From the NCBI GenBank assembly GCA_030704615.1, contig CM060733.1, positions 34,472,001 to 34,536,000 on the forward strand: DNA of 64,000 bases, in the 5' to 3' direction. The stretch comes from Takakia lepidozioides (taxonomy: Eukaryota > Plantae > Bryophyta). Shown here piece after piece: positions 1 to 12,999 of the stretch (position 1 is its first letter; every line of letters starts with the position of its first letter). The notes below the pieces were generated by a model. It was not told where the DNA came from. It saw only the letters and a list, made by a program, of their open reading frames with translations, and did no database searches. The translations under genes were made by a program, and so were the position numbers.

Positions 1-2559
1 ACCTTCTCTGTAGGCCAAAACCTTTCCGTAGGTGGAGGCAAGAGTCAGTCCGGGTTTGGGCTGGGGTGTCATTGCAGGAGCAACACTGTGGAGTGTTTTT
101 GGTGTGGGGGAGTTGTTGTCTTGATTTTCTTGTGTTTGGATCCCCTCCACACCTGCATGCTTGACTGTGCGTTATGTTAGCTTTGTGTGGGCGCTTGTTT
201 TCATAGGAGGTTGGTCCGGATTTGATCACCGGTCAATCGTAGAGCGTGCTGTCGATGGTGAGGCTGGGTTGATGACCATCAGACCATAGGAGTGCTTGCG
301 GTGGATGTAGGTGCATGTTTATGTTACGAACCTAATAGTCTAAGCCATAAGCCGCAACAGGTTCTCTACCCGGTTACCTTGTGGAAAGGGGATTAGTGAC
401 AGGTTTACAACAGGTGTGGTTGTGAGTTTCAATCACGGAAGTGCCACCAGTTGCTGAGGAGAGTGCCGGTACGAGACCAACGATACTAGTGGGTATACAA
501 GACGAGGTGTGCAGTTTAGGCCACTTTCACCTTCAGTGTTTTCTGAGGAATGTTCAGACTCAGAGTTAGGAGGATTCTCGGCCGAGGGTGCAAGCCATTT
601 CCGTGCCATTGTTGTGGGATACGATGGAGGAAATGTATGGAGCTACCAAGGGGCCACATCGGTATTCTGGAGCTGTGGGCACCATCGAGCTTGATGATTT
701 CATACAGGAGTTTGATAGTTGGTGTGATTTGCAGCAGATGTGCAATCCACAACTGTTTACGCCTTTTATGGCGTGAAAGGGGCTGTTTCAGTACCTTGAT
801 GGAACGTCCATGGATGACTACCATGACTTTAGGTGGGGACATGAGGTGGAGATTGAGGAATGGCGGGTATATTGGTCACCTGACTATGTCTCCATCACTA
901 GAGGCACAAGGGCAGTGGTGACATCGACAGCTACACCGGCAGTTTCTGCTAGTAGCAGTGGGATGTCAAGTGGAACAGGAGCTGGGAAGTCCACCCAAGC
1001 TCCTGCTGCAGCACAAACACTCGTGCCTACTTTTAACCCAGTTGTGGAGTTCTTCGAGGAGTTAAGGAGAAACTACCAGGGGATAAGGACGGAGAAATTG
1101 CGGAGTTTGCAAGAGTTCCAACGAAAGTCTACCGAGAGTTTAAGGGAGGCTTACACGCGCATGAGACGATTGATAAATGTAACCCAAGGGGTTACGGAAG
1201 CTCAAGCAGTCCAATTCTGGTATGGGATATTGGACAAGGAGCTAAGGAGAAGGGTGCGGGATGCAACTCTCCTACAAGTGGCCCAACCCACCTTAGCAAA
1301 CGTGTTTTTGCTGGCAGAGCGGATAGAGCTCAATATGGTGGAGAAGCGAGTGGTCATGGTGGGGTTTGGTAAGGAGACACAACGAAGTGGGGCTCCTAGC
1401 CAACAACAACCACTACCCCAACGTGCTCAAGGCAACAAAGAGGCTCAGGCGAAGCCCAGGGAAGGACAGAAAGGATCTCAATTGCAGAGGTTACTTCCTT
1501 CATTCTCAAGCCAACAACAGTCGGGAGTGACATGTTAGGATTGTGAAGGACCCCATATTAAGAGAGATTGCCCGGAGAGAGGCAAAAGGTCGGCACAGGC
1601 ACAGCCTACACAACCACAATGTAGGCATTGTGGAAAATATGGGCATGAAGAGACCCATTGTTATGACTTGCATCCTGAGCTGTGGCCAGGCCAGTTCCAA
1701 TGGAACAATGGTGGCCGAGGACGAGGCAATGTATTCCAAAGAGGTAGAGGAGGCAGACGTCGTGGTGGAGGTCGTAACCAAAACCAAGGAGCACAGGGTC
1801 AGGGTCAAGGTCATGACCAAGGCATGGTGGATATGCTTGCCCAGCTAGAGCAACGTCTTGCTACCATGGTCACTACTCATGTTGCGCCAGCTCCAAGGCC
1901 TAAGGTTCAAGCCCCACCTGCACAACCTCCTATGCCTAGGGAAGACTAGATTGGTATGGGCTTCATGTGTGGAGCCGCATTTGCAGGACCATTGCATGTG
2001 GACTCTGCAGCTGCTATTACTCGAGCAGCAACGCGTGCTCCTGAGCCAAGAGGAGCGGATGTGGATTTTGATCCACAAAAAAGAGAAGCAAGTTGGCAGA
2101 CAAGGCTTCCACAATCTTTCACATTGGCTGAGACAGTGTCAACTATGCCATCGATGGCACCCGCTCGCCCAAGTGTGTCAGAGGTTAGTGTCATTGGGGA
2201 AAGTTGGTATGGCTCAAGAAATGCCAGTGGGTGGTACTGCAAAGCAAGGTGCAGCCATTACATTGTTGGGGGCGGCTACGGCAATTTGCCAAACTCCATT
2301 GTTTTCTGCCACGACAATTGCAATGCCGGGGATGCGGCCAGCTGCAGTGTTTAGACTGGCAGCTGTACTCTATGAGAGTGGTGATGCATCGGCACTATCT
2401 GCGGGGATAGCGGATCAGGTGCAGTGCATGGATGCCCTGGATTCAAGAGTGAAGACAGCCACAACTGCGCCATGGCAAACGGCAGCTGCAAGGTTGCAGA
2501 AGTTGCCAGCTAGACCAGCGAACAATGATGCCGAGGCGAAGTATAGCTCATATAAAGGG

Positions 2560-4416
2560 GAGTGTCTAGTTGCGGTATGGGCAATGTCACATTTCAGATG
2601 CTACCTCTTCACCCTTGTCACGGATCACCAACCATTGAAGTGATTGATGGAGTCTGACAAGCTTACAGGGAAGCTTGCACGGTGGGCACTTATGCTTCAA
2701 GAGTACGACTTCTAGGTGGTGCATCGAGCCGGTATAGTCAATCGGGATGCATATGGGTTGAGTCGTAATCCATGCACGAGCGAGTATGATGATAATGTTC
2801 GGTGGCATGGTGAGATGGATGAGAAGATGGTGCCAGGATGGCATGTATGTGCATTTTTGTGCATCCTAGCAATGGGAGCTCAAGCTGGTCCATCCCATAG
2901 CATTGGTCATGTAGATGGTGTGCATGACGATCCGGAGATCAGTGAAGAGCTTGGTGGTGCTAAGGATGTGCATGAAGATGCAGTAGTGTTGGCCTACCTT
3001 CGTACTGGAGAGACAGCAGTCAGTGTGACTGCTAAGGAGAGAGATCGGATCCTACAACGAGCCAAAAGGTTCCAGTGGGAGGGGACTCACCTACTCCGAG
3101 TATGGGAGGATGGACAAGTGAGGATCGTGCCTCATCCAACACAACGAGCGCGATTGGTACGCCATGCCCATGATGAGTTGGGACATTTTGGGGTGCGGCG
3201 CACTCATAGTTTGCTGCAAGGACAGTACTGGTAGTGGGGCATGCACACGGATGTGCAACAGTTAGTGGCAAGGTGCATGGTGTGTGATAAAGTGCGGGCT
3301 TCTTTCAATGCACCTACTCCACAATTGCATCATTTACCCATTATGGGTTTGGGCTATCGTTGGAGTCTTGACTTCGCAGGCCCATTGTCACTAACGATTC
3401 GTCATAACAAGTATATGCTGGTGATGGTGGAACATTTCTCCAAGTGGATTGAACTGGTGGCATTGCCTGACAAGACAAGTGAGGGGGCTGCGTATGCATT
3501 TTTAGATCGAGTGCTTAGCCAATTTGGTGCTCCAGCCGAGGTACTCACGGACCAGGGGAGAGAGTTCTTGGGGGAGTTTCAAGCTTTGTGTGAGCAAGCC
3601 TTGATAGATCACCGCACTACTTCTCGGGATCATCCCGAGGCTAATGGCCTGGCAGAGAGGGTTGTACAAACAGTCAAGCGAGGCTTGTGCAAGTATGGCT
3701 TGCAGAAGGGACACTTAGGAGATTGGGACCTTCAGCTACTTTGGTTGGCCATGGGCTACAGGTTTAACAAACAAGCATCACTTGTCTCGTTCTCGCCTTA
3801 TTTCCTTCTCTTTGGCCGAGAGCCAGATTTGCCTGCATCTATTCGCAGGGAGACTGCAATAGTCCTCAACCTTGATGATCCGGATATGTGGACACAAGCA
3901 TGTGCCCAGCGGGCAGAGTTGTTCAAGAGAGTCATGTCTATGGCTTTTGAGAACCTTGCTATTGCCCAACACCGAGACACATTGAGGTACGCCACTATAC
4001 GTGGAGGGGGATATCGGCCAGGTGTTTGGCGTTTCCACCCTGGGGACTATGTGTATCTGCAGCAGACAGCACCTACGACTTTGGATGTCACAGCAGGACA
4101 TGTGATTCTAAGGGTCCAGGAGGTGTTGCCTTCATGAGTGTTGATTCTGGAGGGTCGAGATGGCATGGTATAGAAGGACCATGTGCGCAATTGTGTGCCA
4201 TGTCACCTTCCACATGTGGATGGGAGGATAGATCCTAACCTTGCAGTGGTACCTGTAGGGTTGCGTTGCATGCTATGTGGGCATGTTGGTGGTGCCGCAA
4301 CCATGTTGGTGTGTGACAAATGCTCAAAGGGGTGGCACATGGGATGCTTGACACCGCCACTTGAGGAGGTTCCTAGTGGAGAATGGTTGTGTCCACGATG
4401 CCTTGGCCACAGGTAG
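2560..4416 (+). pseudogene. Gypsy pol remnant: RNase H, integrase and C-terminal PHD finger in one frame with several stops
   Basis: ORFs 2716-3234, 3241-4137 and 4183-4416 share a frame, separated only by stop codons. PHD C4HC3: CMLC...LVCDKCSKGWHMGC...WLCPRC (4267-4401). Confidence 0.88.
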
Positions 4417-4674
4417 TGGGCATGACAATGGTGTAGTTGACAAGAGATCCAAGGTCTAGCTGGTGGGAGCTCAACGCCTTGGATACTCAATTGAAGATCA
4501 TGTATTGCAAGCAGACGACTAACGATGGGGCTCTCGTTGCACCCGACCTCTTGATCCATATACTCTAGAAAATTGGGACATGTGCGATTGAAGACCAAGC
4601 GATGATCTTATTGAAATGGATACTTGTCAGCTATCCGGTGTTAGAGGGCCCTAATCACCAGCTAAGGGGGCGCT

Positions 4675-5215
4675 TGTGGCATAGTTTTCTAGGATTGTGT
4701 GCTTAGAATGTATGGTAGACAGCGATGTATGTTGTGGCACGATGCTTAGATGCACGACAGCTGTCATGGTTTTAGTCATGGTTAACTAAAAATTACCTAC
4801 TTCTAGTTAACTAGGATATTTTGGATTTATATTTGTATTTTGTGTGTTGGAACTTCATTTGGTCTCACATGTAAAGTGAGGTATCAAACCTCACTTGGGA
4901 CATGGGGATGGGTTTTCCCCTTGTGAGTGTTGAGGAGGGTTCATCTTCTTGTAGTTGAGCCTCCATGAGCATCTCTCACCTCCATAGCTCTAGGTATTGA
5001 GAGGAAGTGTGTTGAGGGCTTTGTAGGGTGGATTCCCTTAGCAAGGGTGCCCTTGGCTTGACTTAGTTTATGTGATTGAGTGGATTCATGAGTGTGGAGT
5101 GTTTCCCTTGTGTTCACTTTCATTATCTCTTGTGGTATAGTTTTCTAGGATTGTGTGCTTAGAATGTATGGTAGACAGCGATGTATGTTGTGGTACGATG
5201 CTTAGGTGCACGACA
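4675..5215 (+). repeat. 3' LTR (541 bp) whose first and last 85 bp are direct repeats
   Basis: Starts TGTGGC just after the purine tract and ends GCACGACA. 4675-4759 matches 5131-5215 with 3 mismatches. Confidence 0.75.
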
Positions 5216-5667
5216 AACCGCTTAGGTGATAATTAATTCAAAATGAAAGTGCCTTATCAATTATGTGAATTTTTTAGATTTTGGCCTAATTATTGGGAAA
5301 TTATGGGACCAAAGTACCTAATGCACAAAAATTCCACCAAAAAACTTGCAAGCCTCTTCTCATGTTGTTTCTAACAAGATCAAAATTTCTTTGAAAAAAA
5401 ATCAATACAAATATATGCGTGTGGAAATAACTAGCCTACCAGCCTACCACAACTCAAGAGTACCATTATGTAAGAGGTTTCGCACCAGCATACCAATTTA
5501 AACCAGTGTACCCCATGACCAGAAAATAAATGTTTTTTCTTCTCATGTGCCTAATTCTAAACAATAGATGCCTAATTTGAGAAATTGTTTTCAAAACATG
5601 CCTAATTTTTTGATTGATTGATTTTATTATTAGGCGCAAAAATGCCTAAACGGTTATCCAGGGACGG
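5216..5667. mobile_element. Probable non-autonomous DNA transposon/MITE whose left terminus was interrupted by the gypsy insertion
   Basis: AACCGCTTAGG at 5216 is an inverted match to CCTAAACGGTT at ~5645-5655; internal repeated GCCTAATT motifs. Confidence 0.35.
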
Positions 5668-5848
5668 TATATCACTAGAATGGCTCAATAGAAGTTCTTC
5701 GAACCACATTGGAGAAGTGCACAGATTTATTGGTTCTCTTGTAGAGAGAGACTTTGCAACATGTTCAAGTCAACGGAGAAAATGTGGTCAAAGGACCTTA
5801 CACTGCGTCAAGGCTCCGATTGGTCTGTTATGCTGAGTCATAGTTGTA

Positions 5849-6025
5849 GCCCAAGTTGTAGCCAAGTGGTAATGGGCACATACCACCTCGGAAGTGGTTT
5901 GGGTTCAATCCACCCTTGGTGTCACAAAGGTGTCCACCTTCCTAGCGGAAGGCAGTAACCCTTCGGGGTGAACAGAACCATAATTTACGCTTCCTTCGGG
6001 AGGCGTCAAATATTATTATTATTAT
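5849..6025 (+). mobile_element. tRNA-derived SINE
   Basis: Pol III A-box-like TAGCCAAGTGG, B-box GGTTCAATCC and a (TAT)n tail; a second copy lies at 35386-35553. Confidence 0.7.
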
Positions 6026-6124
6026 GCCAAGTCATGCCCCTCACTCTTACCTTTCTCTTATGTTTCGCCAAAGCAAGAGTGTCCATCACCGTTTTAGGCT
6101 TACAAGTTTTTTTTTTTAAATAAA

Positions 6125-6182
6125 AATTAAAAAATGCCTCCCAAGAGAAGCGTAAATTATGGTGTCTCTTCATCCCAAGGGA
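6125..6182 (-). mobile_element. 5'-truncated inverted copy of the same SINE
   Basis: Reverse complement contains ACCATAATTTACGCTTC..GGGAGGC, matching 5977-6005. Confidence 0.6.
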
Positions 6183-9100
6183 CACTGGAGGGGGAAAATA
6201 TCCAATTCTATCATGGTCGGAGCATGATTAAGTAAATGCAAATAATGTGTGTGTGTGTGTGTTTGTATGTGTGTGGAGAAATAATATAGGTGAATGCTTA
6301 TGGTTGAATTTCATTCGTCATATAACATTGGTGACGAATAGTGTATGGAACCAGGAAAATGAACAATCAACTTATCATACTACCATATCCAATATCTCAA
6401 ATAGAACTCTCCAAATAAAACTTGTTGTGTCTCTTTGGAATAACCATGCAACTACTTTCAGTTGGCTACTACAAATAGTGCACAATTCGACTGAGAATCA
6501 TGCACAGATTTTTGAAATATTACAAAACATCTATTTATAACCTTGTTTGTGAGTCCACAATTATTTGCAAAATCATAGTATAGTTATGATCTTTGTTAAC
6601 CCAATGTGCACTCATTGCATATGTCGATAGAGCAAAACGTACGTGCAGTATGTATGCATTCAATCACTCCATAACATTTTGGAAATCCATTGTAAATTAT
6701 ATTTTCAAATTTTATTTTAACGTCGTAATTTCTCTTTCATAACATCTCAAATGCATTTGAGCAATCTGGATGATAATCTTTATGAAACAATTATAAGTTT
6801 TAATTGAGGTACAATTTGCAACACCAAACATCTCTCCAACTGAATATACGGGCAACTTGATAATGATATCACACTCGAACTAAGTTAATAAACATGACTA
6901 ACATATGTATTGTGTTGTGGTGTTGTGGGTATGGGAGGCGAAGGGTATTTGTTGGCGTATTAGTATTGGATGAAATCCATCCATATTGTAATGTAAACAG
7001 GGTTCTTGTGAACATTGTAGCAATTGCGGGTAATTCATTATTGTATTATTTTTATGTATTGTGGTTTACGTTTAAACAGTCGCTGTCAACATCGACATCA
7101 ACGGTACACTGATCTAACGGTAGGTTGCAGCAAGTTTGAATACCTCGAGTCTCTCTCTCTCTCTCTCTCTCCATACTCATATGGTTTAAGTAATACCTAC
7201 TTCCATATATATTTTTTGAAAATCTTAGTGCTAAATGGCTGAAACTCACCTTGGTTTCATCCCTGTTTACACTTAATCTTATGGTTTCATGATACTCCGA
7301 TGAAATTCCACCCTGGCTTCATCCTGTTTTAACCCACTTTCATCATGCTTTCCTCGTTACAGTAATGAGGAATGCTCGGATTATGCCCGTTTCAGCTTGT
7401 TTTCAATGAATTCCATCAACTGACAGAATGTCTTGTTACTTTGGCAGATCTGGAAAAATGAGCATCTCTACCTGATGCTTAGGCTTTCCTGAGATGAATG
7501 GTAATTGTAACAGAACTTAACATCTATTGAATTTCAAGATTGTTAGGCTCTCTGGACTTACCTATCAGGGCTGCATATGACATGTTGTTGGATTGTTTTG
7601 GGTAGCAATGAAGAGTTTTTATACTTACTTAGCATTTGCTGAAACCTGAGATGCTTTGTTTATCTGGAAACGTGCACATGACATGCACAGACATTCTGCA
7701 GAAGCTATATCCCAGCCTGGTTCTTGATGACTGGAGCATATATATCATTGATTGGATTACTTAAGACCTTTGGGAACAATTGGCATCAATACATGATAAC
7801 TAATTTTTCAGAACCCAGTAGACCTTCTGGAATAATTGGCATCAATATCTGATACCCATTTTTTTCAGAACTCCGTCTCATTGCCAGTGTGAAATATCAA
7901 CTGGCTTTGGCATTATGCTCTCTTGAAGTAACCAGAACTTATGAAAAAATCTTCTTTGACTTATGTAACTAGCTAAATCGTTATGCTTAGCTTGATACCA
8001 TATATTAGCATCTATAAAAAAAAAATTGAGATGTCTTTGACATTCTGGATGTACACAACTGATATTACACAACCAGGTTGCGATGTTATATACTAGTTTG
8101 ATGTTTTCTATGTTTTCAAACATCTGATATAGTCTGAGATATTTGGAGGATCTAGAAAAATGAACATCTCTACATGATGATTCACCTTTCCTGAAACAAA
8201 CTCTATACCAGTATGATGTATCATTGGCATATAACTTTTGCAGAGATGAGGTACCTTGACACTTAGAAAAGTTATATTTGCTGACAGGCAGCTGATGTAA
8301 TTTGATAACTTTATCTAATACCAACGTGACTTTCTCAATGTGTTCTAGTTTATGCTTTAAGGCACTTAGCAGATTTGGAAAAATGAGCATCTCTACCATA
8401 AAGATCACGCAAAACTGAGGTACCCAGACTCACAAAGAATAAATATCTTTGACTGACAGGCAGCCGTTGTGGTTTGATTATTCTGTCAGCAGAACAATAT
8501 GAAAACATGATTTTCTTTATACCTGAATGCTTTGTCTAAACTATGAAATACAAAGCCAGGGATTATATCATACCTTGAGCCCGTGTGTTATCTCTTTAAA
8601 GTATATGCAAAAGGCAATGTTTAACATCCCACCATCCCACCCATACTGTCAAAGAGATTCCAAAACAAAGATTAACACTTAGCTTTGTTTAAAAAGTTCA
8701 AACATAGGATCCATATGTTCAAAGTTATTGGATTATAGCTTTGTTGTTCTTGAATCCTGCTGGTTAAATAAATAATTCCGGTGGAATGGTTTATACCTCT
8801 ACTTTGTATTTTATTTGTTGCGAACAAGTCTGGTCTTTCTTAAGGTTCTGATGGATGGTGCCACTATACAGTGGCTAATTTGTCATTTAATTTCTTGACT
8901 AAGACCTTACCGGTCTTGTCCATGTCTTGACAAGACATTAGTTATCTTCTCTTTCCTTCCTCCCTTTCTCAATGGAATCAAAGCCAAAAGAACAGTGCCC
9001 GCGCCTACGCCTTGGACAACGAGGCCGGTGGCTTCTGACATAATGCGACAATTATTTTCCAGAGAGCTGGGGGAGAGGCGTGCCCCGATCAAGGTTCTTA

Positions 9101-9465
9101 TGCCTGCATGGTATAAGAAGATATTTCTTGGGGATAAACCTATTGAATTTTTCACAGAGCACCCCTTTCTAGCTCAGACAAAATGAGGATCACAAGATGT
9201 CACCCATTAGTGTCAATGCAACATTCAGCTACCCAAATTGCTACTCATCAACAACAGACCTCGACCTCTTGCACCAGCTATCATCTCAATACTACACCAA
9301 CTGCCTCCATGTCTTGTTGTTCTTATATATTTTACCCCCGTAATCCAGCCTCTCACAACATCCCTTGCCAATCTTGTTGTTGCCATCAATCAAAATATGT
9401 AGAGCAGTTTCATTCGGGCCCTGTTCATTCTAGAGTGGTCCATGAATTACTGTGGCCCAGGAATT

Positions 9466-9720
9466 AGAGTGGGGGGCTTATGTAGTAAGGCCAAGTGTAT
9501 TAAGGAATGAGATAAAAGTGTCCAGAAAAAGAAAGGAAGAACTAATTAAATTGGCCAAATTTAGATAGGGAGTCTTGTAGGGCTGACATGTGTCCAGGGC
9601 CTTCTAGAAGGGTCCCACAGTCCTGAGAGGGTATATAAGGGAGGGGGCCCCCTCTTACTACCTACTAACTTACTACTTACTAAATTAGTAAGCAGTGGGC
9701 TCTACAGAGACAGGCCCCCC
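9466..9720 (+). mobile_element. Possible LTR-element fragment (PPT plus start of an LTR)
   Basis: AGAGTGGGGGG purine tract followed by TGTAGT at 9481 and a downstream TATATAAG; no second LTR seen. Confidence 0.3.
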
Positions 9721-9940
9721 CAAAAAAAACAGCAAACATGAATCTATTAATTAATAGAAACCACAATACTACTCACGAGCTCGCATTCATAATTACCTCT
9801 ATGTCGACTTGGCCCCTATCTACAACTCTACTTTCGGCTACTCCCCCCTCCAAAAACCTTGAAATGCAATCCACTCTCATAAACCCTGAATCAACATGTG
9901 TGCCAAAAATGATTACAAAATGCATGTGAAATAAACGGGT

Positions 9941-10470
9941 TGGGTCCATATTTGTCATCTCCAATGGGGCTTCCCGTGAGTTGGACATGATGTCAAACAA
10001 AATTCCCACAATGACTTTACTTCCAAATCATACCTCAACCGCTTTTCTGATCTGCTTGATGAAGATCCCTAAGGAATTATACAACTTCCCTCTGGTCCAA
10101 TCTCTGATATGTTAAGTAGAATTCTCTAGTAGAGAAAAAAAATCCTAAGAAAATTAGTTATATATCCTCCTTGCATCATTTGGAGATATAGCCCGCGAAC
10201 CAATAAAAATGATATAAAATGTCCAAGGTTGACGAAACACATGGGTACCTATTGAATTTCCAACAACATGCCAAAAAACAACAGGGGACAACTCCATACA
10301 CCGCAACATTATTTTTGTCAACATGCTTGAGCTATTCTCCATGAAAGAGGTGCTTGTGTTGTCATCTAACGACCCATGACATGAGGCAAACTGGATGAAT
10401 TTCCTAAGGTCCTACCTATGAGTTCTTACCCCTGCAAAACTCGTCGCACCTCAAAGGTAGAATCTTTTGT
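9941..10470 (-). pseudogene. Inverted duplicate of the GH9 promoter, 5' UTR and first ~14 codons
   Basis: Minus strand reads ATG(9988) MSNSREAPLEMTNMDP versus GH9 [15 protein letters not shown]; upstream sequence aligns inverted with ~11955-12467. Confidence 0.75.
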
Positions 10471-10518
10471 GAGTTTGAATCAGGAAGGAGGTGAGAGTAT
10501 GAGATTCCTATATGCTAG

Positions 10519-11108
10519 CCATTTTGGGACCAACATAAATATTCCATTGTTGTTGGCATGTCTAATTTCAATTTTATTTGCAGCTTAGCCTCTAACTCAC
10601 CACAAAAGAGTTTGTGCATGGACAAATCAAATACGACCAGTGTATATGAACCTCATGTTAGGCGCACATGCTTTCCGGAACACTAGTAGGTGTATTGCAT
10701 GAAACTATGCACAATTTTTTCCTATACAATTGTTTCATACATGCTCCCTACAAATTATGGTAGAAGATTCTGACTCATTAAAGATTCTATCTTGAGGTGT
10801 GATTAGTTTTGTAGGGATATTGATTTATAGGGAGGACTTCATGAAGCTGACCGTCACCTCATATCATGGGTGTCGCGAGATGAGAACACGATTATCTCTT
10901 TCATGGACTAAAATAGCTTGTATGTGGACAAAAATAGTGTTGTTGCACAATGTGTGGTGGTGCTTCTTGTAGGTTGTGGAGAGTTCCATGCCTACCCATG
11001 CAATTTGCATTCCATCAACCTTGGACATTTTATGGTATTTTAATTGTTCCACATGCTATGTCTCCAGATGTTACCAAAAGAACAACTAATTTTCTTATGA
11101 TTTTTTTT
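10519..11108 (+). repeat. Diverged direct duplicate of the GH9 upstream region (~11555-12275)
   Basis: Shared blocks such as ACATAAATATTCCAT..TTGTTGGCATGTCTAATT, GTGGACAAAAATAGTGTT and CTAATTTTCTTA.GATT. Confidence 0.65.
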
Positions 11109-12421
11109 ATTGTATTAAAAAAGTCATGCAAACCTTTTTGTGTAGCCCTAATCTGCTTCGTGCAATAATCATCATGTGATTTGAAAACATTATCTATGCA
11201 TAAATAGTTTATAAATGTATCAATCAACATTATTTTTATTCTGTTCTAATGCTCATCTTATGGCCAAATTAATTTGTGGTTACTACAATGTGCATATTGC
11301 ATTACAATGTCCTATGACACCAAATTAGATAAATCAAGTGTTGTGTTTCAAAACTTATGTTAACTATTTGTGTTTGTAGTAATCAAATGATCTCCAAATA
11401 TAGTTCATTTTACAAATTCCAAAAATTGGACATGTCACCTACCTTAATAAATGTGTTGTGGTCCAAAATTATACTTGACGAGGACGCCATTCCAAAAACA
11501 AGTTCTTAAATAGTATGGTCTCAAGTATCTTATTCATGTTGTTCCTCTACGTTGACCATTCTGGGTCCACATAAATATTCCATCATTGTTGGCATGTCTA
11601 ATTTGTGTTCCGAGTCGCATATGCAATTCATCAAACTCTTTTATGGTGAATTGGAGGCTAAATATGCAACAGAATAATATCCATTGGATCGCCAACATGA
11701 TTGCAATGCCTAAATTAGATCTTCCAACAATTATAGATTTATATGGGCCCACAATGGCCAACATACATACAAACCTCATGTTAGTTCGTACTTCATCGAA
11801 CACTAGCAGTTGTATCACCGATTGATCATTGTAGCATCAAATATGCACCACTGTTTACTATACAACTTCTGGTTGGAATTAGTTAATTAGTTAATTATGG
11901 TTAGAATTATTTAATATATACTCCCAAATTATGATACGAGATTCAATTTGATCATAAAAAAGATTCTAGCTTAAAATGAGATCAATTTGCAATGGTAAAG
12001 AAGATTCATAGGGATGACTTAATTGATACTGGGCATCGTGAGATCGATGACACCACGATTATATCTTTCATTGACTAGAGTAGTTGTTCGCGTGTGGACA
12101 AAAATAGTGTTATGGTGTGTGGCGTTGTCCTGTAGTGCATCTCGGCCTATTTGTGGAAGTTCAATCGGTACCTATGTATTCCGTCAATATTGGATGTTTT
12201 ATTGTATTTTTATTGTTTTTATACATTATATCCTTGGGTGTTGCCAGGATGACAGCTAATTTTCTTAGGATTCAAGTCTTTGTACTGGAGAATTCTATGT
12301 ATCGTAGCAGAGATTGGAAAGGCGGAAGTTGTTCCTCGGGGATCTTCATGATCAAGTAGATCAAAAGGCGGTTGAGACATAAGTTGGAACTGAACTTGTT
12401 GGGGAAATTGTGTTTGTCACC

Positions 12422-12958
12422 ATGTACAATTCATGGGGAGGCCCACTGGAGATGACTATGGATCCAGGAACAGAAGACGATAGGAGCGCTAAGAACTTGG
12501 ATTTTGACAGGGCTTCTTTGAGGAGTTTGGATGAGACACAACAAAGTTGGCTTCTTGAGCCACAACACAAAAAGATCACTCCACAGATTAATCTCGGATG
12601 CATGACTTGTAGCCGCAAGTTGGTCAAAGTAGTTTTTTGGGTTTTTGTCATGTGCTGTGTAAGTACCGGTCTTGCCATTCTTATTTGGAAAGTAGCTCCC
12701 AAGCATCATCACCATCCGCCTCCACAAGACAACTACACCATTGCTTTGCATAAGGCTCTTCGATTTTACGACGCACAAAAATGTATGTTTCTCTCGTATG
12801 TTTGATGTTCCTTTGATTGTGCTAGAAGCGTCTTGGCCAAAAGACACTTTAGAATGCCATACACACTTATGATGAAGAAAAGCGAGGAATATGTTGTATT
12901 TTGCAATTTTGTAAAACTTTGCACTAATCTTTTGTCATACCACTTTATATATATATAT

Positions 12959-12999
<41 letters not shown>

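Larger units (their letters stand above)
1..5215 (+). mobile_element. Ty3/gypsy LTR retrotransposon, decayed; protease-RT deleted; integrase followed by a PHD finger; 5' LTR not in window
   Basis: Gag-like frame 588-1949 with in-frame stops and two CCHC knuckles (C*DCEGPHIKRDC, CRHCGKYGHEETHC). RNase H remnant (LVTDHQPLK*...KLARWALMLQEYDF). Integrase HHCC (HDELGH...CMVC) and core (WSLDFAGP, LTDQGREF, GLAERVVQ). Purine tract AAGGGGG precedes a TG...CA LTR. Confidence 0.92.

Noticed and set aside
5849-5915. tRNA gene
   Set aside because: A/B boxes are present but there is no convincing cloverleaf; it continues into a repeated body and simple-repeat tail, so it is a SINE.
7878-8408. 176-aa minus-strand ORF as a gene
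   Set aside because: No recognisable motif; it lies in degenerate repeated sequence (GAAAAATGAGCATCTCTAC recurs at ~7453, 8154 and 8378).
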